Positions 35,375 to 47,575 of a DNA stretch of 64,000 nt are shown here, one piece after another; the stretch's first letter is position 1, and each line of letters starts with the position of its first letter. The notes under the pieces are model-generated. The model was not told the DNA's origin and ran no database searches. It saw only the letters and a program-made list of their open reading frames with translations. Origin of the DNA: Leucoraja ocellata (Eukaryota); contig JAWMAR010001196.1 in NCBI GenBank assembly GCA_036785375.1, forward strand, positions 186,001 through 250,000, read 5' to 3'. Position numbers and translations under genes: made by a program.

Positions 35375-38300
35375 ACTTCGGAGTCACGTGAGTGACCACG
35401 TGAAGATGGCCGTCCAGGCGCATGCGGGTCATCTCGTCAGACGCATTGCGCTGCCACCGCGGTAGGAGGTGTGGAACCTCTAAGCGGTGACTGAAGGAAA
35501 ACATGGACGTAAGTCTTTTCTACTTCTACTTTCAGGCTGCTTTTCTTCGGAGACTGCGTGCAGAGACACAGGCAAGTCTTATGTATGGAGAAAGGTGGGA
35601 GGAAGAATATTAAGCGCATCGCAGTAAGCACTCGATAAGACCAAGTGTCTGAGAGTAGCGGGCGCCCGACTAAAAAGTCGATTGTAAAGAAATTACTATT
35701 TTACACGGGAGGGGAAAAGTCCCATTGAAACTTCCATAGGGAGCAAGGCCATAAAGAAATAACAGACCTGGAAGACTATGAGGAGTCTGAACTATAGAAT
35801 TTATAAACTGGAATTCCTCATGGGTAAAACAAACTCCAGAAGGAGTATAAAAGACGTGGCTTAAAGAGCAACCGCAAGAGGTTCTGGGAAACGTTGGCCC
35901 AGATTTGAGCCAGCGACCGAAATGCCTGATGATAAAGATGAATATATGGGCTGACCTGACACGGAGGCAGCACCAGAAATGTCTGAAAGACAATACAGGC
36001 GTTGGTCTACAGGAGACACAGAATATGGAGCAGCACCCAAAAGTGGGCTGCCAATATACAGCTCAAATGAAGAGCTTGATGTAGCCAAAGAGGGACAAAA
36101 AAGCATTGGCCTATATTAGAGCCATCGCATGAAATACCTGATGATGAATATCCAGGTGAAACCCATTATGAGGAGGAATATCCAGAATACTCTGATAATG
36201 AACCAGTTGAGGGACAGAACCCAAAGCAAAAAATAAAAATGCCAGTGCTGGTCCAAAAGTTCTATAGTCCCACACACAAGGGACAACCTCTTCCAGAGGA
36301 AATAGCAGAGAGTATAAATTACCTGCTTTCCCATCAATCACAAGATGCAACAATGGATGAAGTTATGAACAAATATGAAATCCCGCAGACCTGTGCTCTG
36401 CTTGGAGTGCCAGCTGTTAACAAAGAAGTGTGGAAGTATATGGGCATTGTAGTAAGAGCTCAAGAAATGAGATTACAGCGGGAATTAAGATTGATTGGGT
36501 CAAATATTACGGCATTTGTCAAAGATCTGGAAGAAGGAAATGTGACAATGGTACAACAGGATGTAATGGGAATGATGTGTAATGCACATTTTGAAATAAA
36601 CTGTATTTGTAAAACTGCGTTAAGACCTAACATACATCCTAAGTTTGCAGGGCTCTGTAAACCATCTAATATACAATTGCCAAATGTACTCTTTGGAGAA
36701 GAGCTTGCCAAATCACTAAAGGTTCTCAACGAAGAATCAAAAACCATCGGGATGATGAAACCACCGATGTTTGCAGCACAGCTAGAAGGCAATATCCATA
36801 CCGAAGGGGAACTGATGATTGAACAAGTCGCTCGGACTCACATACAAGATATGGACATACAACCCCAGGACGTGGAGGTCATGGTATTTCCACAAGGGGA
36901 AATGCACACAAAGTGACACCAGTAAACTCTGAGGTAGGTGGCTCTGGTTCTGAAAGAAACATATCAGATGTATCATACTTACAAGTTGGGGGTAGGTTAC
37001 AATTATTTTTAAAAGAATGGAAACTAATAACATCTGATGCATATATACTGTGCAGAATTATGGGGTTTAGAATTTAATTTTACCAGAATTAAAATCCACC
37101 TACACAACATATTACAAAAATAATATATTCCTGCTCTAAAGAAGAGATGAGAAGAATTAAAATAGAAATTGAGATTTGGAGTAAAAAAGGGGTAATAGAG
37201 AAAACAACTTATCAAAACCATCACTTTGTGTCTAGTATTTTCTCTAGAACAAAAAAGGATTGGGGGTACTAGAATCATTTTGGACCTCACAAGTCTTACC
37301 TCTTTTGTGCAGTATAAACATTTCAAAATGGAGACTTGTACTAATGCTTTGCAATTAATTTCAACAGAATGCTATATGGCAAGCATTGACCTCCAAGATG
37401 CACATAATTCTGTTGTGGTGCATGTGCAACATCGCAGATATTTGAAATGTGTCTGGATGTCTCAAATGTGGCACTTTAAAGCCCCAGATTGTTTACAAAA
37501 CTGTTGAAGTCCATTTTAGCATTGTTAAGAACTCAAGGCCATTTGATAATGGCTTATTTGGATGACATTTTAATTGTGGGAGATACTGAAGCCATGACAG
37601 AAGCTTCTGTTTTAAAAAGTAAACCTCACATTTCAAAGAATGGGATTTGTCATTCATTCAGAGATATCCAGACTGACACCTAACAAAATAATTGATTACT
37701 TGGGGTTCACTATTAATTCAGAACACAAGACAGTGAGCTTACTTAAGGACAAAAAGTTGCAAGTGATTAAGGGTTGTAAGGAGTTAATTGCAGGCAAACA
37801 ACCATCAATCAGTCAAGTAGCAAATCTAATTCGCAAGTTAATTGCTTCATTTCCAGCTGTTCAGTTTGGACCACTGCATTATCAGACAGCTGCAGTGCGC
37901 AAAGATATCAGTATTGGGAAGACATGCTGGACGTTACGATAGGCCTATACAACTAACTAACACAGCAATTGAGGATATAAAATGGTGGATTAATAATGTG
38001 GATTACTCTTACAGGAAAATTCAGAATGAATCACACCCTACCATTTTATAAACAGATGCAAGTGCACTGGAATGGGGAGCTGTGGATGCCATCTCAAACT
38101 GTGGAGGTAGATGGAATGCAGAGGAAGAACCTTTGCTCGAGACATATGGCATAAATTATCTTTAATTACTAAGTGTATTGCTTCACAAAGCCCGTCGATT
38201 TAAAAGTACTGATGTTCGAGGTGCACAATTTGCGGGTGAATTTGTTGATGTGAATCGGTGTACTGGTTCACGATGCCCGTCGATTTGCTACGGGTCCAGT

Positions 38301-38525
38301 CATTGCTACACTGGATAGAATGATCATATCTGTGGGCTATAATAACAGTTTTGTTATGATTAGTCAAGCAGAGTAGACAGGGACACGGACCAAACTACAT
38401 GTTGCATATCCCATGGACCTTGGGTTGCGTGTGATCATGCATCTACACCAGTATGTCAAGGTCCCCAAGAGCATCATAGATTCTGACTAGCAATATTGTT
38501 AGTTACATTAAACCTCGTTAAACCA
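35375..38525 (+). mobile_element. Decayed DIRS-type tyrosine-recombinase retrotransposon
   Basis: gag-like ORF 36239-36916; RT motifs RIILDL, HFKMET, MASIDLQDA, AYLDDILI; RNase H TDAS..WGA near 38051; probable YR remnant (KQSR..AYP) ~38365-38450. Many frameshifts. Confidence 0.82.
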
Positions 38526-38529
38526 CGTC

Positions 38530-38746
38530 TGTGGAATTCTCTGCCTCAGAGAACGGTGGAGGCAGGTTCTCTAGATGCTTTCAAGAGAGAGCAGGATAGG
38601 GCTCTTAAAAATAGAAGAGTCAGGGGATATGGGGAGAAGGCAGGAACAGGGTACTGATTGGGGATGATCAGCCATGATCACATTGAATGGCGGTGCTGGC
38701 TCGACGGACTGAATGGCCGATTCCTGCACCTATTGTTTATTGTTTT
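38530..38746 (+). mobile_element. CR1 3' end whose tail matches window position 1
   Basis: ctgtggaattctctgcctcaga...cctgcacctattgtttattg. Confidence 0.85.
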
Positions 38747-39856
38747 TGTACAAGATTCCAGAACCCTGAATTGAAAGAATCTCAAATGAAATATGTTAGG
38801 AAATACCTAATGCCAATTAGGAAATACCAATTAAACTATAAATCTGGATATCTTTGGAGTATGGGAGGACCCCAGAACATATGTGGAAAACACACTTGGT
38901 CACAGGAAGAGTATTCAAACTCTGTACGGATAACACATGGTGTCAGTTTCAAACCCAGGTATCTGGTGCTGTGAGGCAGCAACTCTACCACTGTGCTGCC
39001 CAATCTTTCCACAAACACTGAAACCCAAGAGAGGGTTATAAAACAGCGGCCTTACCTTAACGTCATCTCCATAAAGACTAGATCCTGAGACAATAGACAA
39101 TAGGTGCAGGAGTAGGCCATTCGGCCCTTCGAGCCAGCACCGCCATTCACTGTGATCATGGCTAATCATCCACAACGGCAAACTTTGACCGCCCGAATCG
39201 AGGGGTATAAATCGACCCGGAGCGGGGCCTTACATCACCTGGCGCGGCTTAAACAGCCGCAGGACTTACCATTACCCACCGGGGCCTCTAACATCAAGAG
39301 CCTCGATCAGCTCGATGCAGCAGTTTGACTGCTTGACTGTGGGCAAGAGATAAGACTTTTGCCTTCCATCACAGTGAGGAGGTATTTGGAGATTCACTGT
39401 GATGGATGTTTGTGTGGAATTGTGTTAATTGTGTGTTTTTTTGTTGTTGTTATGACTGCAGGAAAGTAATTTTGTTTGAACCTATGTTTCAATGACAATA
39501 AACAACATTCTGATTCTCTGATGCTGATTCAGACTGATGTATTTGGGAGAAAGCTGGAAAGAGACGAGAGCAGGGCAGAGCCTGGTGAGTGATTCTGGAT
39601 ACAGTTGGGGGCTGATTAGCAGATTGTGGAGTACTGACAAAGGCTAGAGGTGAAGAGGAGACGAGTGTCAGACAAGGGGAAGAGAGGTGTCATGCAAAGC
39701 CAGGGGGAAGGATCGGGGAAAGAGGGGAATGTGGGACAGGGATGAGTATACAGAGGAGGGGAAGGGGTAGGGAGACCGTTGAGTGAGGTGCACACCAGGG
39801 TGGGGAGTGCAGGGAAAGAGGGGAACCCCCTTAATCAATACGCTCATTCCCATCTC

Positions 39857-40083
39857 TGGAACTCTCTGCCACAGGGGTAGTTGAGGCCAGTTCATTAGCT
39901 ATATTTAAGAGGGAGTTAGATGTGGCCCTTGTGGCTAAGGGGATCGGGGGGTATGGAGAGAAGGCAGGTACGGGATACTGAATTGGATGATCAGCCATGA
40001 TCATATTGAATGGCGGTGCAGGCTCGAAGGGCTGAATGGCCTCCTCCTGCACCTAATTTCTATGTTTCTATGTCTATGTTTCT
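39857..40083 (+). mobile_element. CR1 3'-end insertion, copy-2 specific
   Basis: ATCTC repeated at 39852-39856 and 40084-40088; empty site cccatctccaaatc at ~1117-1130. Confidence 0.88.
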
Positions 40084-42609
40084 ATCTCCAAATCTCATTT
40101 CCTTTTATCCCCTCCCGTCCCCTTACACCTGAAAACCTCCTTCCATTCAAAACCGACGCTAGGGTCGGGTGAACGGGCGTAGGGAAGGGTAGTGGGATAT
40201 ATCTCCACTTTTTTCACTTTTTCGTTGTTTCAGAGGTTTTTCTTTTTTATCTCTCGTGTCTTTTACAAAATTCTTTATTTTCTTTTTCTTTTCTTCTTCC
40301 TTTCCTTTCTTTTCATTTTTCTTTTTTCCGATTTAGTTTTTAGTTCATAAAATGTTAAAATTGAAGCTTACGAACATTTTATAATTGTTATATCGATGAC
40401 TTTCTCCTTGTACAATTGCTTCTAATAAAATAAATATTAAAATAAAAAGCAGAGATTCCAGTCTTTGGAGATCCTTCGTGGAAATGAATACAATTTGGTC
40501 ACACCTTCAGAAAAGAGCAGAGGGGAGAGGAGATGTATTCTGGCAACACTGACACAAACATACTAAACCAAATAGATTTAGACCTATTCCAAAAAAAACA
40601 GTATGGTGAATGGAATGCAGGATTACTTAATTTGTATTGACACTTAAAACAAGTGTCATGAACACTAAACTACTTTCACTGCAACAGGAACCAACTAGGA
40701 TTACTTTAGGGAATATAAAGAAGTCTACAAAGAATGCTGGATGTACTCAGTTGGTCAGGCACCATCAGCCTGACAGATGTTTCAGGTTGGGATCCTTCAG
40801 ACTGAGAGAGTAGTGGAGAAATCTGGAAAGATGTGGGAGCAGGACAAAAGCTGGCAAGTGATGTGGATAGACACAAATGCTGGAGTAATTCAGTGAGACG
40901 GGCAGCATCTTGGGAGAGAAGGAATGGGTGATGTTTCAGGTAGAGGCTGTCCTTCAGACAACAAATACAAGCAATTGGCACTTGGTGGAGCAATGACAAA
41001 GGCGAGAGGTGAAGAGGAGACAAAAGGTTTAGATGAGGAGAGAGAGATGTGAAGCTGGAGGGCGGGATATGGGTCGAAGGGTAAAGAGGCAAAGATGAAT
41101 GTCAGGGATGGGAGATGAGTGTGGAAAGTGGGGAAGGTCCAGGATGAATGGGTGATGCGGGGAAAGGGTGAGTCCCCAGTACATTCATCCCTTTTCCCCA
41201 TCCTATCCCATTGCACTCATATTCCTTCTACCAGGTTTACAGTTCACACCTTGCTTTCTCCTTCAGAGATGTTCATAAATCATAGCGGCGACGACAGAGG
41301 GTTCATGGCCCCGACCACGGATAAACAAAGGAGGAGGACTGACTGAACCTTGTTGCCTTCCAGCACAGTGAAGAATGCTGTGCTGGATGTTTTGTGTTAA
41401 ATTCTATTGTGTATTGTGTGTTCTTTTTAAGTGTATCGCTGCTGGCAAATTTATTTCACTGCACCTTTGGGTGCATGTAACGAATACAATTGACTTTGAC
41501 TTTTACACCTTTAGCCTTTGTCACTTACTGATTCAATTATTTTTTGTCACATGTACCATGTGAAACAATGAAATGCTTTGTTTTCCATACGACCTAGTAA
41601 AATCACGTGGCTGACCTCACCTGGGCAGTACTTGATGTTTTGGTGTTCCACCCATCTGGCAATTTCCTCTCCCCCCCCCCCCCCCCCCCACCTGCATCCA
41701 GCCATCACTTGCTAGACTATTGCCCCACCTCACATTTCCAGCTTTCTCCCTTTACTCCATCAAGCTGAAGGCTTCTGACCTGATACTTCATTGGTCCATT
41801 CCTTCCAGATGTTGCCTGACCCACTGGTTTACTCCAGCAGACTTTTTTCTCCCTCAAGATTCCAGCATCGTGAATTCTAGTATTTTAAACCAAGAATAAT
41901 CAGGAAAATACTTTCTCCTCCAAACATTTATTGGTCTGAAACCAGAGGTGGTTCTAAACAGGTCCTTACCTGCATCCCATCTCCATACAGTTCAGGTCCT
42001 GACAGATTGACAAAGTCAGACAATTCAAATTAATACACCACTAATGATTCAAAATCTCCCACCATCTTCATCCCACCCTTAATCTCACAGCAATACTTTT
42101 AACGACAAGGATTCGAAGGGCCTGAGCTCAGGGCAAGGTTGGGCAGGCAAAGAGGAGGCAGAAACGGGGCAAGAGAGAGGGTGTCCGTGCTAGGCTGAGA
42201 GATAATGCTAGCTGGCCGGCCAGCTCTCCCATCTATCCTACTCTCCAACGTCAGCTTCCTGGAAAACAAACTGGACAACATCCAACTACAGAGGAGTACA
42301 CAGCGAGAGACTAGGGACTGCTGTGTCTGTGTTTTACTGAGACATGGCTCAACGATCGAGTCCCGGACGTGGCCATTCAGCTAGCCGGGCTAGTCTCGCA
42401 CCGAGCCGACAGAGAACCATCACAGGTACACAAAAATGCTGGAGAAACTCAGCGGGTGCAGCAGCATCTATGGAGCGAAGGAAATAGGCGAAGTTTCAGG
42501 CTGAAACCCTTCTTCAGACTGATGGGGGGTGGGGGGCAGAAGGAAGGAAAAAGGGAGGAGGAGGAGCCCGAGGGCGGGGGGATGGGAGGAGACAGCTCGA
42601 GGGTTAAGG

Positions 42610-42843
42610 CAGGTCGAGGAACAGCTTCTTTCCGGCGGCTGTCACTCTACTAAACAACGTACCTCGGTGACTGCCAATCACCACCCCCCCCCCCCCCCGG
42701 ACACTTATTATCCTTTTTTTAATTTTTATTCGAATCGTTTGCTATGTCGCTCTTCAAGGGAGATTCTAAATGCATTTCGTTGTCTCTGTACTGTACACTG
42801 ACAATGACAATTAAAATTGAATCTGAATCTGAATCTGAATCTG
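42610..42843 (+). mobile_element. Short LINE 3' end with (GAATCT)n tail, copy-2 specific, inside the Penelope fragment
   Basis: RSRNSFFPAAVTLLN C-terminus, aatgacaattaaaattgaatctgaatct; empty site ttaagg|aagggg at ~3627. Confidence 0.82.
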
Positions 42844-44364
42844 AAGGGGAGGAGACAGCAAGGGCTAGCAAAACTGGGAGAATTCAATGTTCATGCCATC
42901 TGGCTGCAAGCAACCCAGGCGGAATATGAGGTGCTGTTCCTCCAATTTCCAGTGTTGCTCACTCTGGCAATGGAGGAGACAGAGAGGTCGGATTGGGAAT
43001 GGGAGGGGGAGTTGAAGTGCTGAGCCACCGGGAGTTCAGGTCGGTTATTGCGGACTGAGCGGAGTTGTTCGGCGAAACGATCGCCCAACCTCCGCTTAGT
43101 CTCCCCGATGTAAATCAGCTGACATCTAGAGCAGAGGATGCAGTAGATGAGGTTGGAGGAGATACAGGTGAACCTCTGTCGCACCTGGAACGATTGCTTG
43201 GGTCCTTGAATGGAGTCGAGGGGGGAGGTGAAGGGACAGGTGTTGCATTTCTTGCGGTTGCAACGGAAAGTGCCCGGGGAGGGGGTGGTACGGGAGGGAA
43301 GGGAAGAATTGACAAGGGAGTTGCGCGGTAAGACTCGAGGTGGTGGCCTGTGTGTTTACATCAACACTGACTGGTGCAACAACTCTGTCTTAGTCTCCAA
43401 GTTCTGTTCATTGCTGGTGGAGAATGCGATTGTGAGATGTAGACCTTTTTATTTGCCACGGGAGTTTACCACAGTGCTCATTGTTGCTGTTCACATCCCC
43501 CCCAGTGCTAATGCTAAGGAAACACTAGCTGTACTGTACTGTATGGAGCTTTATGCAATCTACAATACACACACCCAGAAGGACTGTTTATTGCCGTAGG
43601 AGATTTCAACCGTGTAAATCTCAAAACTGTGCTTCCTAAATGTTACCAACATGTGGACTTTGCAACGAGAGGGGAGAATGTGCTAGATCTTGTTTACACC
43701 AATATGCCCAGCGCGTACAGGGTGTAGTCACGCCCCCATCTCGGATACTCAGACCACATCTCTGTCATGCTGATCCCAGCATACACACTGCTTGTCAGAT
43801 GCTCCAGACCAGCTAAGAAACAGGTGAAGACCTGGCCAGCAGGAGCCATCTCTGCTCTCCAGGACTGCATTGACTGGCACATGTTTAGGGAGGCAGCAAC
43901 CACCGGCGGCACCACTGGCTTGGAGGAGTACACGGCATCAGTGACTGGTTACATCAGTAAGTACATTGATGACATTACTGTCACTGAGCTCATCACCACA
44001 CGTCCCCAACAGTAAACCATGGATGACTGCAGAGGTACGTGCGCTGCTGAGAGCCCGAGACACGGCCTTCAGAGCAGGCGATAAGGAGTCCCTGAGAACA
44101 GCGAGGGACAAACTGTCCCGGGCCATCAGGGAAGCAAAGCAAGCGCATGCAAGGAAAATCCACGGCCACTTCAGTGACGGCAGGGACACACTGAAGCCGT
44201 GGCAAGGCATCCAAGCCATCACCAATTTCAGGACATCAACACCAGCCTGTGACAGCGATGCCTCTCTGCCTGATGCGCTGAACATGTTCTACACCCGGTT
44301 TGATGCACAGAACGACGTGGTGGCGAGGAAGATCACAACCCCCCCCCCCCTGCGACCAGGTGGC

Positions 44365-46570
44365 TATAGAAGCATAGAAGCATAGAGACATAGAGACATA
44401 GAAACATAGAACATAGACATATAGACACATAGAGACATAGACACATAGACACATAGACACATAGAGACATAGAGACATAGACACATAGACACATAGACAC
44501 ATAGAGACATAGAAACATAGACATATAGACACATAGAGACATAGACACATAGAGACATAGAGACATAGACACATAGAGACATAGAGACATAGAGACATAG
44601 ACACATAAACACACAGACACATAGACACATAGAGACATAGACACATAGACACATAGAGACATAGACACATAGAGACATAGAGACATAGACACATAGACAC
44701 ATAGAGACATAGACACATAGAGACATAGAGACATAGACACATAGACACATAGACACATAGACACATAGAGACATAGACACATAGACACATAGAGACATAG
44801 ACACATAGAGACATAGAGACATAGACACATAGACACATAGACACATAAACACATAGACACATAGAGACACATAGACACATAGACACATAGACACATAGAC
44901 ACATAGAGACACATAGACACATAGACACATAGACACATAGAGACACATAGACACATAGACACATAGAGACATAGAGACATAGACACATAGCGACATAGAC
45001 ACATAGACACATAGACACATAGAGACATAGACACATAGACACATAGACACATAGACACATAGACACATAAACACATAGACACATAGAGACACATAGACAC
45101 ATAGACACATAGACACATAGACACATAGAGACACATAGACACATAGACACATAGACACATAGACACATAGACACATAGAGACACATAGACACATAGACAC
45201 CCGGTTTGATGCACAGAACGACGTGGTGGCGAGGAAGATCACAACCCCCCCCCCCCCTGCGACCAGGTGGCTATAGAAGCATAGAAGCATAGAGACATAG
45301 AGACATAGACACATAGACACATAGACATATAGACACATAGAGACATAGACACATAGAGACATAGAGACATAGAGACATAGAGACATAGACACATAAACAC
45401 ACAGACACATAGACACATAGAGACATAGACACATAGACACATAGAGACATAGACACATAGAGACATAGAGACATAGACACATAGACACATAGAGACATAG
45501 ACACATAGAGACATAGAGACATAGACACATAGACACATAGACACATAGACACATAGAGACATAGAGACATAGACACATAGACACATAGAGACATAGACAC
45601 ATAGAGACATAGAGACATAGACACATAGACACATAGACACATAGACACATAAACACATAGACACATAGAGACACATAGACACATAGACACATAGACACAT
45701 AGACACATAGACACATAGAGACACATAGACACATAGACACATAGACACATAGAGACACATAGACACATAGACACATAGAGACATAGAGACATAGACACAT
45801 AGCGACATAGACACATAGACACATAGACACATAGACACATAGACACATAGAGACATAGAGACATAGAGACATAGACACATAGACACATAGACACATAGAC
45901 ACATAGAGACACATAGACACATAGACACATAGACACATAGAGACACATAGACACATAGACACATAGACACATAGACACATAGACACATAGAGACACATAG
46001 ACACATAGACACATAGAGACATAGAGACATAGACACATAGACACATAGACACATAGAGACATAGAGACATAGAGACATAGACACATAGAGACACATAGAC
46101 ACATAGAGACATAGACACATAGAGACATAGACACATAGAGACATAGAGACATAGACACATAGACATAGACACATAGACACATAGACACATAGACACATAG
46201 AGACATAGACACATAGAGACACATAGACACATAGACACATAGAGACATAGAGACATAGACACATAGACACATAGACACATAGAGACATAGAGACATAGAG
46301 ACATAGACACATAGAGACACATAGACACATAGAGACATAGACACATAGAGACATAGAGACATAGACACATAGACACATAGAGACACATAGACACATAGAG
46401 ACATAGACACATAGAGACACATAGACACATAGAGACATAGACACATAGAGACATAGAGACATAGAGACATAGACACATAGACACATAGACACATAGAGAC
46501 ATAGACACATAGACACATAGAGACATAGACACATAGAGACATAGAGACACATAGAGACATAGACACATGG
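44365..46570. repeat. Expanded (TAGACACA/TAGAGACA)n microsatellite, copy 2, with an internal ~0.9-kb duplication
   Basis: Unique flank cccggtttgatgcacagaacg...ggtggctatagaagc occurs at ~44294 and again at ~45200. Confidence 0.93.
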
Positions 46571-46577
46571 ACACATA

Positions 46578-47575
46578 GTAACCATATAACCATATAACAA
46601 TTACAGCACGGAAACAGGCCATCTCGGCCCTACAAGTCCATGCCGAACAAATTTTTTTCCCCTTAGTCCCACCTGCCTGCACTCGTACCATAACCCTCCA
46701 TTCCCTTCTCATCCATATGCCTATCCAATTTATTTTTAAATGATACCAATGAACCTGCCTCCACCACTTCCACTGGGAGCTCATTCCACACCACCACCAC
46801 TCTCTGCGTAAAGAAGTTCCCCCTCATATTACCCCTAAACTTCTGTCCCTTAATTCTGAAGTCATGTCCTCTTGTTTGAATCTTCCCTATTCTCAAAGGG
46901 AAAAGCTTGTCCACATCAACTCTGTCTATCCCTCTCATCATTTTAAAGACCTCTATCAGGTCCCCCCTTAACCTTCTGCGCTCCAGAGAATAAAGACCTA
47001 ACTTATACAACCTATCTCTGTAACTTAGTTGTTGAAACCCAGGCAACATTCTAGTAAATCTCCTCTGTACTCTCTCTATTTTGTTGACATCCTTCCTATA
47101 ATTTGGCGACCAAAATTGTACACCATACTCCAGATTTGGTCTCACATAGTGACATAGAGACACATAGAGACATAGAGACACATAGAGACATAGACACATA
47201 GACACATAGAGACATACAAACATAGAAACATAGAAATTAGGTGCAGGAGTAGGCCATTCGGCCCTTCGAGCCTGCACCGCCATTCAATATGATCATGGCT
47301 GATCATCCAACTCAGTATCCCGTACCTGCCTTCTCTCCATACCCCCTGATCCCCTTAGCCACAAGGGCTACATCTAACTCCCTCTTAAATATAGCCAATT
47401 AACTGGCCTCAACTACCCTCTGTGGCAGAGAGTTCCAGAGATTCACCACTCTCTGTGTGAAAAAAGTTCTTCTCATCTCGGTTTTAAAGGATTTCCCCCT
47501 TATCCTTAAGCTGTGACCCCTTGTCCTGGACTTCCCTAACATCGGGAACAATCTTCCTGCATCTAGCCTGTCCAC
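46578..47575 (-). mobile_element. Two nested CR1 3' fragments (~46578-47145 and ~47221-47573), copy-2 specific
   Basis: CR1 RT C-termini with ggttatat and tttctatg tails, each embedded in the microsatellite; absent from 5199-6252. Confidence 0.88.

Noticed and set aside
44236-46784. Long ORFs (up to 806 aa) of MCLCVYVS repeats, also at 5026-6374
   Set aside because: Translation of an 8-10 bp microsatellite that lacks stops on the minus strand; not genes.
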